The notes beneath the pieces were generated by a model that searched no databases, had not been told where the DNA came from, and was given only the letters and a program-made list of their open reading frames with translations. Shown here piece after piece: positions 9,191-17,042 of a DNA stretch of 32,000 bases. The DNA lies in assembly GCA_041494705.1 (NCBI GenBank), contig JBGQBI010000001.1:300001-332000 (forward strand), in the 5' to 3' direction. Both the position numbers and the translations under genes were made by a program. The DNA comes from Candidatus Methanoperedens sp. (GTDB lineage Archaea; Halobacteriota; Methanosarcinia; Methanosarcinales; Methanoperedenaceae). The first letter of the stretch is position 1; every line of letters begins with the position of its first letter.

Positions 9191-9670
9191 TTAAAAAATT
9201 TTATCTTTTAAATCCTCAAAGTATGTAAAAAACAAAAAACCCACCACTAAATTGAGGATAGTTAATACGAATTTTTGCTCTATAACAACGTAATTAGCCC
9301 AAAGGACGGTTATTATTGAGGTGACGAGTATCATTAAAATGAACTGAATAAACAACAAAATTCTTTTTAAAATAGTTCTCCTAATATTGATTATCACTCG
9401 AATCCAAAAGATTAATAGCAATAAAATAAATATTGTAAAATTCAACAAATAGGGGATGATGTTGTTAGTCCTAACACGGATTTCGAAAGCATATGTAGTC
9501 GATTCTAAATCCGCTAAAATATAATAAATATAAAAAATAAAAAGTATCCAAATGAATAAATGCTCAACTACTTTGTATTCTCTAATTTTATCCTTTACAT
9601 TGGGCAAGATTTTAATTATTTTTTCAAAAATAGATTTTGCAGATACGTAGAGATTTGATATGCGCATCAC
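9191..9670 (-). CDS. Hypothetical small membrane protein (about 4 TM helices) in a low-GC islet
   Basis: 159-aa ORF with four long hydrophobic stretches (LFIWILFIFYIYYIL, IIPYLLNFTIFILLLLIFWI, LLFIQFILMILVTSIITVLW, VLTILNLVVGFLFFTYF). The DNA is about 25% G+C by hand count. I recognise no family. Confidence 0.55.
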   Translation of the reverse strand: MMRISNLYVSAKSIFEKIIKILPNVKDKIREYKVVEHLFIWILFIFYIYYILADLESTTYAFEIRVRTNNIIPYLLNFTIFILLLLIFWIRVIINIRRTILKRILLFIQFILMILVTSIITVLWANYVVIEQKFVLTILNLVVGFLFFTYFEDLKDKIF

Positions 9671-9718
9671 ACACCTTTAATATTCTAACTCCTCAAATTT
9701 CGTTATCCCTTTGCTTCT

Positions 9719-11149
9719 TCACTTCTTTTTCCCGTATCCCCTTATCTCTTCAATCATCTTCCTATCCACAACCCCAGGCTCAGTCATCTTCCTGGCATCA
9801 AGTATCTCATTCAAATACTTCTCAGGAATTATATCCTTCTCGATAAGCACCTGCCTCAATGACTTATTCTCGGAAAGCGCTGTCTTCACAAGCTGCGCAA
9901 CTCTGTCATATCCGATATAAGGATTAAGAACCGTCGCCAGCGCATGGCTCTTTTCAAGAAGCTCGCCGCATCGCTTTTCATCCACTACCAGACCTGAAAT
10001 ACAATCTTCCCTGAGCATCCTTATGGCATTCGTCAAAAGCTCAATGCTCCACAGGAGGTCAAATGCGATAAGAGGCGTCATCACATTAAGTTCCATCTGC
10101 CCGGCCTCCGCCGCCAGCGCCACAGCATGGTCATTGCCCATGACCTGGAAACATACCATGTTAACCGCCTCAGGAATCGAGGGGTTTATCTTCCCCGGCA
10201 TTATGGACGAACCCGGCTCAACTTCTGGCAGTATAATCTCGGCGATACCCGTTTTCGGTCCAGAATTAAGGAGGCGCAGGTCGTTTGAAATCTTATTCAG
10301 TTCGATTGCCAATATTCGAAGCGCGCCTGATACGTCCGCAAAGCCAGCCATGCTCCATGAAAGCATGATGCTGTTCCCCTCATAAAACTGAAAACCTGTA
10401 AGTTTGCCCAATTCAGAAATAATCGTCTTTTTGAAATCCGGATGCGTATTGATGCCCGTGCCGACGGCGGTCCCGCCGATTCCCAGCTCCAACATGCTGT
10501 TTTCCGAAGCAGCAAGTCTCACGATGCACTTCCCAAGCGATGCTGCATATCCACCAAACACCTGACCATACCGTATGGGCACGGCATCCTCAAGATGCGT
10601 CCTTCCGACCTTGATAACATGGTCGTATTCTTTTGCTTTTGCTCGGAACCCGGAGATAATTTCTTCAAGCTCCCCGATAAGAGGTTGTATGGTTAGAAGC
10701 ACGCTCAATCTAATTGTCGTCGGTATCACGTCATTGGACGATTGCGCCATGTTCACATGGTTGTTCGGGTGAACAAGATGATAATCACCCGGTTTCCCGC
10801 CAAGTTTTTTAATCGCTGCGTTAGCAATGACCTCATTCATATTCATGTTAAAAGGCGTGCCTGCGCCTGCCTGGAAAACATCGAGTATGAACTGGTCGCT
10901 GTATTTTCCACCGATAACCTCATCTGCGGCTTTTACTATTGCCGAACCTGTTTTTTCATCAAGCATGCCGAGTTTCATATTTGCCAGGGCTGCCGCTTTT
11001 TTGATAATGGCAAGGGATTTTATAAAATCCGGTTTAGCCCGGAGGCCGCTTAGCCTGAAATTTTTAGACGCCCGTGTTGTAAATGCCCCATAAAGCACGT
11101 TTTCAGGAACTTCTATCTCACCCAGGCTGTCCTTTTCAATCCTGCTCAT
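9719..11149 (-). CDS. aspA: Aspartate ammonia-lyase-like enzyme (class II fumarase/aspartase family)
   Basis: 476 aa with the family signature GSSIMPGKINP. The downstream segment SIPEAVNMVCFQVMGNDHAVALAAEAGQMELNVMTP resembles E. coli AspA (AAEAGQLQLNVMEP) more than FumC. QSSND, however, is FumC-like, so the assignment within the family is tentative. Confidence 0.8.
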   Translation of the reverse strand: MSRIEKDSLGEIEVPENVLYGAFTTRASKNFRLSGLRAKPDFIKSLAIIKKAAALANMKLGMLDEKTGSAIVKAADEVIGGKYSDQFILDVFQAGAGTPFNMNMNEVIANAAIKKLGGKPGDYHLVHPNNHVNMAQSSNDVIPTTIRLSVLLTIQPLIGELEEIISGFRAKAKEYDHVIKVGRTHLEDAVPIRYGQVFGGYAASLGKCIVRLAASENSMLELGIGGTAVGTGINTHPDFKKTIISELGKLTGFQFYEGNSIMLSWSMAGFADVSGALRILAIELNKISNDLRLLNSGPKTGIAEIILPEVEPGSSIMPGKINPSIPEAVNMVCFQVMGNDHAVALAAEAGQMELNVMTPLIAFDLLWSIELLTNAIRMLREDCISGLVVDEKRCGELLEKSHALATVLNPYIGYDRVAQLVKTALSENKSLRQVLIEKDIIPEKYLNEILDARKMTEPGVVDRKMIEEIRGYGKKK

Positions 11150-11216
11150 TTGAACTCCTCTGCCATCTCCATATATATTATTTGAATCATTTAAAATCTT
11201 ATGTGAAATAAATTAC

Positions 11217-12491
11217 CTATTTCTTCTCCCATTTCTCAAGATACAGCACTTCAGACAGGGTTTTTCCTCTTTTTATCTCGTCGCGTATCCTGCGCTCGTT
11301 TTTTTCAACCTCGACCGCCCGCCTTGCAATCTCGTATCCCCGTTCCTTCGGAATAACAACAACGCCGTTATCGTCCCCAACTATGAAATCCCCCGGTTTT
11401 ACGGTCTGGCCGCCGCACTGGATTTCCGCATTGATTTCCCCGAATCCCTTGGGTTCGCCCGCATTCGGCACTATCGAAGTCGCAAAAACCGGAAAATTAA
11501 GGCGCCTGATATCGTCCACATCCCTCACCGCACCGTCTATGACAACGCCTGCAATTCCTTTATTAATACAGCTTAGCGTGGCAAGTTCCCCCCACGGCGC
11601 GACATGGGGGCTCCCGTTGTAAATTACAATAACATCACCCGGATTGGCAACGTCGATTGCCTCAACGGCTTTTGCCCAATCGCCGGGAAAAGTCTGGACT
11701 GTGACCGCTTTTCCTGCAGTTTTCGTCCCGGGGCAGATTGACCTGATGTTTTGCATGGCGCCTTTCCTGTGCATGGCATCCGAAATATTGGGCGTTGAGA
11801 CTTTCTTTAGCAATTCAATCGTTTTCTCGTCAATCGGTTTTTCGGCTTCTTCTGCGATTTCGGGCATGTCTATGCTTTCCCGTATCTCTTTTGCCGAGGC
11901 CGTAACATTGGATGAACGGACGATATTGCCGCCCACGATTACGATTTGCGCGCCCATCAATACCGCTGCTGCTGCGCTTTGGGCGTCAAGCCCCCCTGCA
12001 ACCGCTATCGGCACATTAATCTTCAGGGATTTCAGGATTTTGACAGGGTCTTCCCCCATCATTTGCTGGTCAATACCAACATGGATGTTGAGATAATCAA
12101 TACCCGTTTCTGCCAGTTCTTTTGCCCTCTCTGCATGGCCGCCTGTGGAAATGAGGTCTGCCATAAGTTTTACCCCGTACTTGTGCGCTGAACGGATAGC
12201 ATCCCGGATTGTGGAATTATCCGCGCTCCCAAGAATCATGATTATATCGGCGCCTGCTTTTGCCGCCATCTCAACCTCCATGGCGCCCGTATCCATGGTC
12301 TTCATGTCTGCCAGGATAACGTGACCGGGAAATGCAGCTTTCAGCCTTCTTATCGCATCCATGCCTTCGCTCTTGATAAGCGGCGTCCCTGCTTCAATCC
12401 AGTCGGCCCCTCCCTCTACTGCCTCTTTTGCAATCTGGAGCGCGCGGTCTATTTCCAGAACATCGAGAGCGACCTGAAGTATGGGTTTAAT
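11217..12491 (-). CDS. Bifunctional 3-hexulose-6-phosphate synthase-like (OMPdecase/HUMPS fold) / RraA-like protein (start codon non-canonical)
   Basis: The track ORF starts at ATG 12362. The frame is open upstream and encodes [42 protein letters not shown], which is the conserved HPS N-terminus. The C-terminal half (...GDVIVIYNG...[25 protein letters not shown]...) is RraA/aldolase-like. The candidate start is ATT at 12491-12489, 4 nt after GGTGA (12500-12496). Confidence 0.8.
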   Translation of the reverse strand: MKPILQVALDVLEIDRALQIAKEAVEGGADWIEAGTPLIKSEGMDAIRRLKAAFPGHVILADMKTMDTGAMEVEMAAKAGADIIMILGSADNSTIRDAIRSAHKYGVKLMADLISTGGHAERAKELAETGIDYLNIHVGIDQQMMGEDPVKILKSLKINVPIAVAGGLDAQSAAAAVLMGAQIVIVGGNIVRSSNVTASAKEIRESIDMPEIAEEAEKPIDEKTIELLKKVSTPNISDAMHRKGAMQNIRSICPGTKTAGKAVTVQTFPGDWAKAVEAIDVANPGDVIVIYNGSPHVAPWGELATLSCINKGIAGVVIDGAVRDVDDIRRLNFPVFATSIVPNAGEPKGFGEINAEIQCGGQTVKPGDFIVGDDNGVVVIPKERGYEIARRAVEVEKNERRIRDEIKRGKTLSEVLYLEKWEKK

Positions 12492-12561
12492 AAAATCACC
12501 GTTGAATAAATGAGCGTTTATGATTAAAGATTTAATGGTTAACCTGTTGAAAAACCACAGA

Positions 12562-12628
12562 GAACGCAGAGGACACAGAGAAATAAAATAACAAATCTCA
12601 GTGCTCTCTGTGCCCTCCGTGGTTAATT
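12562..12628. repeat. 67-nt hairpin-forming intergenic repeat, copy 2 (inverted relative to copy 1 at 1645-1711)
   Basis: See copy 1. The element lies in the divergent hps/ccmA promoter region. An extra partial unit, cacagaga, at 12556-12563 overlaps the element's left end by 2 nt. Confidence 0.85.
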
Positions 12629-12716
12629 ATCTGACCGGAGTTGAATTTCAATCACTATAAAGAGCAAAATATAAAGCTTGAACATGTTTATTTAGAGAAA
12701 AGAAGGAGAAATCCAT

Positions 12717-13424
12717 ATAATCTCTATTGAAAACCTCTCAAAAGCATTCGGCACCAACATTGTCCTTCGGAAAATCAATCTCAAAATAGAAAAAGGTGAA
12801 TTCCTGACGATATTCGGACCGAACGGCGCCGGGAAAACCACACTCATCAAGATACTATCCACCCTTGTAAGCCCGACTGCAGGAAAGGTTGTCATCGACG
12901 GCATTGACATCAAAGAGGATCCTACCGGAATCCGGAAAAAAATCGGCGTAATCTCGCATGAAACGTACCTTTACCACGAACTGACGGCTGCTGAAAACCT
13001 GCGGTTCTTCGGGAAAATGTATGATACGCCAGAGCTTGAAACGCGGATTGATGAGTTGATAAAACAGGTAGGCCTGAACTACAGGAAAAATGACCGCGTG
13101 AGGACATTCTCCCGCGGGATGAAACAGCGCCTTTCAATCGCAAGAGCATTAATCCACGACCCGCCGATACTATTCCTCGATGAACCGTATACCGGGCTTG
13201 ACCAGCATGCCAGCGCAACGTTTGACAAAATACTTGGCGGTATGAACGCACATGATAAGACGCGGGTACTCATTTCGCACGATATTGAGCGCGGCATTTC
13301 CATGTGCGACAGGGCAATCATTCTCGCTGGCGGGCATATTGCGCATGAAATGACAGAATCCGAGATAAGCGACCTTCTCCAGTGCAGGGCAATTTATGAA
13401 AAGCATGTAGAGGAGCGCACATGA
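12717..13424 (+). CDS. ccmA: Heme-exporter-type ABC transporter ATP-binding protein CcmA (start codon non-canonical)
   Basis: The track only reports the ORF from ATG 13017. The same frame is open from 12696 and encodes (I)ISIENLSKAFGTNIVLRKINLKIEKGEFLTIFGPNGAGKTT (Walker A). The signature and Walker B follow (FSRGMKQRLSIARAL, ILFLDEP). There is no ATG/GTG/TTG upstream of Walker A. ATA at 12717 lies 8 nt after GGAG (12705-12708). The stop overlaps the ccmB start (ATGA). Confidence 0.8.
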   Translation: MISIENLSKAFGTNIVLRKINLKIEKGEFLTIFGPNGAGKTTLIKILSTLVSPTAGKVVIDGIDIKEDPTGIRKKIGVISHETYLYHELTAAENLRFFGKMYDTPELETRIDELIKQVGLNYRKNDRVRTFSRGMKQRLSIARALIHDPPILFLDEPYTGLDQHASATFDKILGGMNAHDKTRVLISHDIERGISMCDRAIILAGGHIAHEMTESEISDLLQCRAIYEKHVEERT

Positions 13425-14110
13425 AATTTCTTGAAATCGCAATCAAGGACTTAAGAGCCGAGTTCAGGACAAAACAGATGTTAAATTCCATGATGATATT
13501 TGCTCTACTTGTGATTGTCATTTTCAGTTATGCCTTCGGGAATGAGGCAACGCTTGAGGTGAAGGTGCTTAACAAGAAAGTAGTGGATTTACTGGCGCCC
13601 GGAATGCTGTGGATTGCATTCACCTTTGCAGGGATGCTTGGGCTTTCACGGTCATTTGCAAGTGAAAAAGAAGAGGGATGCCTTGAAGGGTTAAAACTTT
13701 GCCCTGTTGACAGGAGCGAAATATACAACGGAAAGGTCATATCGAACGCAGTTTTGATGTTCCTGATGGAAATAACCACCATTCCGGTTTTTATCGTGCT
13801 TTTCAGTTATGATATAAAAAATATTCCCGGTCTTTTGGTCGTGGTGGTTCTCGGGACTTTCGGGTTTATATTTGTGGGCACGCTTCTCTCGGCGCTCACT
13901 GTTAATACCAGGACCCGCGAAATCCTGCTTCCCGTGATTCTTTTTCCCGTCCTCATCCCCGTGATACTCTCAGCCGTCACCGCAACGGGAACAATGCTGG
14001 CCTCGGGTGATTTTTCCGAAATTTCCGGTGAATTGCAGATACTTGCAGTATATGATGTCATTTTTTTTGTTGTAGCGCAACTTGTGTTTGAATATACGAT
14101 TGAAGATTGA
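13421..14110 (+). CDS. ccmB: Heme exporter permease CcmB-like protein (ABC-2 type, 6 TM)
   Basis: 229-aa polytopic membrane protein, translationally coupled to ccmA through an ATGA overlap and followed by ccmC. The conserved ccmABC gene order supports the call. Confidence 0.75.
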   Translation: MKFLEIAIKDLRAEFRTKQMLNSMMIFALLVIVIFSYAFGNEATLEVKVLNKKVVDLLAPGMLWIAFTFAGMLGLSRSFASEKEEGCLEGLKLCPVDRSEIYNGKVISNAVLMFLMEITTIPVFIVLFSYDIKNIPGLLVVVVLGTFGFIFVGTLLSALTVNTRTREILLPVILFPVLIPVILSAVTATGTMLASGDFSEISGELQILAVYDVIFFVVAQLVFEYTIED

Positions 14111-14157
14111 AGATATGAAAGGATAATGTTATTAAGATTCATGGAGATTTTAAGAAT

Positions 14158-14856
14158 ATGCGAAAGAAAATACTTTATACCCTGACGGCTGTATTAATTC
14201 TTGTTTCATCATACCTTGTGTTTTTCAAGGCGCCCATTCCTATCGACCCCGGGTCGGCAGCCGGCGACCCCAATAATTTCAGGATATTCTATTTCCATCT
14301 CCCAATTGCGATATCGGCATACCTCTGTTTCGCAGTTGTTTTTATTTCAAGCATTTTATACCTTAAAAGCAAGGAACAAAAATGGGATATAATATCACTA
14401 TCAGCAGCAGAAGTAGGCGTTGTTTTTGCACTCCTGACCCTTGCCACCGGGTCAATCTGGGGACGGTCGGCATGGAACGCATACTGGGTTTCATGGGATG
14501 TCCGCCTTAACACTTCTCTCATACTATTCCTCATCTACCTCTCTTACCTGATGGTACGCCAGGCAGTTGATGAACCTGAAAAAAGGGCAAGATTATCTGC
14601 GGTTTTCGGGATAATCGGGTTTATCAGCGTCCCGATAAGCTTTCTTTCGGTTCGCTTTTACTCCAGGATGCATCCGTGTGTGGTGGGGCCCTGCCCGGCC
14701 GGAGGCGGGGGAGGTATAAGCGGGGTTGTATTATATTACCTTTTGATAAATTTCGCTGCTTATTTCCTGCTCGTGGCATCGCTCATGATGCTCAAGATTG
14801 AAAATGAACGGTTGAAAGAAAAGGCAAATGAATTGAAACAAGTGAACAATTTATAA
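14158..14856 (+). CDS. ccmC: Heme lyase/exporter subunit CcmC (cytochrome c assembly protein)
   Basis: 232 aa. FRIFYFHLP carries the first heme-ligand His. TGSIWGRSAWNAYWVSWDVRLNTS is the WWD domain (compare E. coli TGSAWGKPMWGTWWVWDARLTS). RFYSRMHP carries the second His. Confidence 0.88.
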   Translation: MRKKILYTLTAVLILVSSYLVFFKAPIPIDPGSAAGDPNNFRIFYFHLPIAISAYLCFAVVFISSILYLKSKEQKWDIISLSAAEVGVVFALLTLATGSIWGRSAWNAYWVSWDVRLNTSLILFLIYLSYLMVRQAVDEPEKRARLSAVFGIIGFISVPISFLSVRFYSRMHPCVVGPCPAGGGGGISGVVLYYLLINFAAYFLLVASLMMLKIENERLKEKANELKQVNNL

Positions 14857-14865
14857 TAAGTTCCA

Positions 14866-14880
14866 AAATTTTTAAAAAAG
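14866..14880. terminator. Candidate bidirectional oligo-T terminator between convergent ccmC and rps3ae
   Basis: The sequence aaaatttttaaaaaag gives T5 on the + strand (14869-14873) and T6 on the - strand (14874-14879) within a 26-nt convergent gap. Archaeal terminators are typically oligo-T tracts. Confidence 0.35.
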
Positions 14881-14882
14881 AA

Positions 14883-15470
14883 TTATGAGGCTACAGCACC
14901 CGGCTCAGCCTCTATTTCTGTCTTCCTGACCTCTACCCTGCGGAGAGGATAGATGGGCTTGACATCGTGATAAATAATCGCGGAAAGTTTTCCTGTCACA
15001 ACATCCTGGACGAACTGCTGCATATCCAGTTCTTTCGCCTTCGCCGCAATAACATTATTCATTATTACGCGGATAGCTTTAACCTGGTTTGCGCGTGCTC
15101 TTTTAATTGTGAAACAGGACGGTTTTACTCTCAGGGTATAGCCGTCTTTTGTGGTTACAGAGATGTTTGTCTCTATAGCCGAAGTCTGCCTTTTAACAAG
15201 TGAGCGCAGGTAATCCTGTGTCAACTGGTGCCCCATATATTTTGTATATGCCGAGTCCCCGCCAACGCGGTCGATTTTCAGAATCAATTTGGTATTCTGC
15301 TTTGAAAGGTCGTTTGTCAATTCCCCCAAGGTTATTTCAACAATCCTTCCGATTAATTTTTCGGGCACATCAGCCACAGTTTCTCCGATATTTGTTTTTC
15401 CGAACATATCAGGTGCAACTAAATTGTACCATGATTTTGCTTTCCAGCCTTCTGATTTTGTTACTGCCAA
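14883..15470 (-). CDS. rps3ae: 30S ribosomal protein S3Ae (eS1)
   Basis: 195 aa. The N-terminus KAKSWYNLVAPDMFG... and the segments ...LKIDRVGGDSAYTKYMGHQLTQDYLRSLVKR... are typical of S3Ae. Confidence 0.93.
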   Translation of the reverse strand: MAVTKSEGWKAKSWYNLVAPDMFGKTNIGETVADVPEKLIGRIVEITLGELTNDLSKQNTKLILKIDRVGGDSAYTKYMGHQLTQDYLRSLVKRQTSAIETNISVTTKDGYTLRVKPSCFTIKRARANQVKAIRVIMNNVIAAKAKELDMQQFVQDVVTGKLSAIIYHDVKPIYPLRRVEVRKTEIEAEPGAVAS

Positions 15471-15621
15471 ATAATTTCCTCCAGATTAATATGATTAAAA
15501 TTGTGAATAAGTTCACAAAATCATGCGTTAAATAGAGCAATGGATACTTAATACTTTTGGACATGCTGCATTAATTAACGACATCCTTAAGTTTAATCAG
15601 GATAATTCAGCACCGTCCCAT

Positions 15622-15704
15622 GCGGGGGTAACCAAGCGGCCAAAGGTGATAGACTCAAGATCTATTCTCGCAGGAGTTCGAGGGTTCAAATCCCTTCCCC
15701 CGCA
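15622..15704 (+). tRNA. tRNA-Leu (anticodon CAA), class II with a long variable arm
   Basis: Acceptor gcggggg (15622-15628) pairs with cccccgc (15697-15703), and the discriminator is A. The anticodon stem is ataga/tctat with loop ctCAAga. The T arm is gaggg-ttcaaat-ccctt. No CCA is encoded. Confidence 0.9.
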
Positions 15705-15885
15705 TCAATCTATATTACTCAGGTCAGTTATGCTTAACGGGATGAGCGGTGGTGACTTCGAAAATCTTATTACTATCATCCATTAGAACCCCTTTATTTC
15801 CTCTGGAACTTAATGATAAATCATTAAATTAGCTAAAATTACATTATCGTTAAGTATATTCAAAAGATAGGACATACCGTAAACT

Positions 15886-17040
15886 ATGATAAGACAAGTT
15901 TATATGGACCATAGCGCTACGACTCCCGCCGACCCTATGGTCGTGGAATCCATGATTCCTTATTTTTCTGAAAAGTTTGGCAATCCTTCAAGCCTTTACA
16001 CAATCGGAAGACAGGCAAGAAGAGCAATTGAGGAATCACGGCAGAAAGTCGCCGACCTCATAGGAGCAAAAAAAGAAGAGATAATTTTTACAGGCAGCGG
16101 CACGGAATCAGACAACCTTGCAATAAAAGGGATAGCATACAAGAACAGGAAAAAGGGCGACCACATCATTACAAGTTCGATTGAACACCATGCTGTCCTG
16201 CACACCTGCAAATACCTTGAAACCCAGGGATTCAAAGTCACCTACATGCCTGTAGATAAAGACGGGCTTGTGAACCCGAAGGACGTTGAAAAAGCCATCA
16301 CACCCGGGACGATTTTGATAACGCTCATGCATGCCAATAACGAAATCGGGACAATCCAGCCCATAGAAGAGATTGGCAAAATCGCAAAAGAAAAGAATAT
16401 TCCTCTACATACAGATGCAGTCCAGACTACAGGAAAAATCCCTGTGAACGTGGATGCTCTTGGCGTTTCCCTGTTATCCATAAGCGCCCATAAAATATAC
16501 GGGCCAAAAGGCGTGGGAGCACTTTATCTTCGCAAAGGCACATTCGTGGAACCACAATTGCACGGCGGCGGGCATGAAAGGAATATCCGTTCAAGTACTG
16601 AAAATGTACCCGGCATTGTAGGTTTTGGGAAAGCCTGCGAGCTTGCAAAGGAGCGCCTTCCGGAGGAGGAAAGACTGGCAGAACTGAGAGACAGGCTCAT
16701 TAATGGCCTCCTCGAAATCAAGGATTCATATCTTAACGGGCATCCTGTAAAACGCCTTCCCAATAATGCGAATGTCAGGTTCAGCTACATTGAAGGCGAG
16801 TCCATGATATTGAACCTTGATATGAAAGGGGTCGCAGCGTCAACCGGTTCGGCATGTTCGTCCACATCCCTTGAGCCTTCCCATGTCCTTATGGCTATAG
16901 GTTTGAAACCTGAAGAGGCGCATGGTTCTCTCAGGTTGACTCTCGGGCGCGGGAACACGCAGGAAGATGTGGATTATGTGGTTTCGGTGTTGCCCGAAAT
17001 CGTGAATAAATTGCGGATGATATCACCATTGGGGAGGTAA
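15886..17040 (+). CDS. nifS: Cysteine desulfurase (NifS/IscS type, PLP-dependent)
   Basis: 384 aa with VYMDHSATTP at the N-terminus, SISAHKIYGPKG (PLP lysine) and ASTGSACSS (catalytic Cys loop). Confidence 0.92.
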   Translation: MIRQVYMDHSATTPADPMVVESMIPYFSEKFGNPSSLYTIGRQARRAIEESRQKVADLIGAKKEEIIFTGSGTESDNLAIKGIAYKNRKKGDHIITSSIEHHAVLHTCKYLETQGFKVTYMPVDKDGLVNPKDVEKAITPGTILITLMHANNEIGTIQPIEEIGKIAKEKNIPLHTDAVQTTGKIPVNVDALGVSLLSISAHKIYGPKGVGALYLRKGTFVEPQLHGGGHERNIRSSTENVPGIVGFGKACELAKERLPEEERLAELRDRLINGLLEIKDSYLNGHPVKRLPNNANVRFSYIEGESMILNLDMKGVAASTGSACSSTSLEPSHVLMAIGLKPEEAHGSLRLTLGRGNTQEDVDYVVSVLPEIVNKLRMISPLGR

Positions 17041-17042
17041 AT

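Noticed and set aside
12692-13251. Minus-strand ORFs 12692..12913 and 12922..13251, which are the only track ORFs covering the 5' half of ccmA
   Set aside because: The plus strand encodes a perfect ABC N-terminus and Walker A in an open frame. These minus-strand ORFs appear in the track only because ccmA lacks a canonical start codon.
15622-15885. tRNA-Leu as an integration site for a mobile element
   Set aside because: No integrase is present, I saw no direct repeat of the tRNA 3' end by eye, and the downstream genes (nifS/iscU) are core genes with normal composition.
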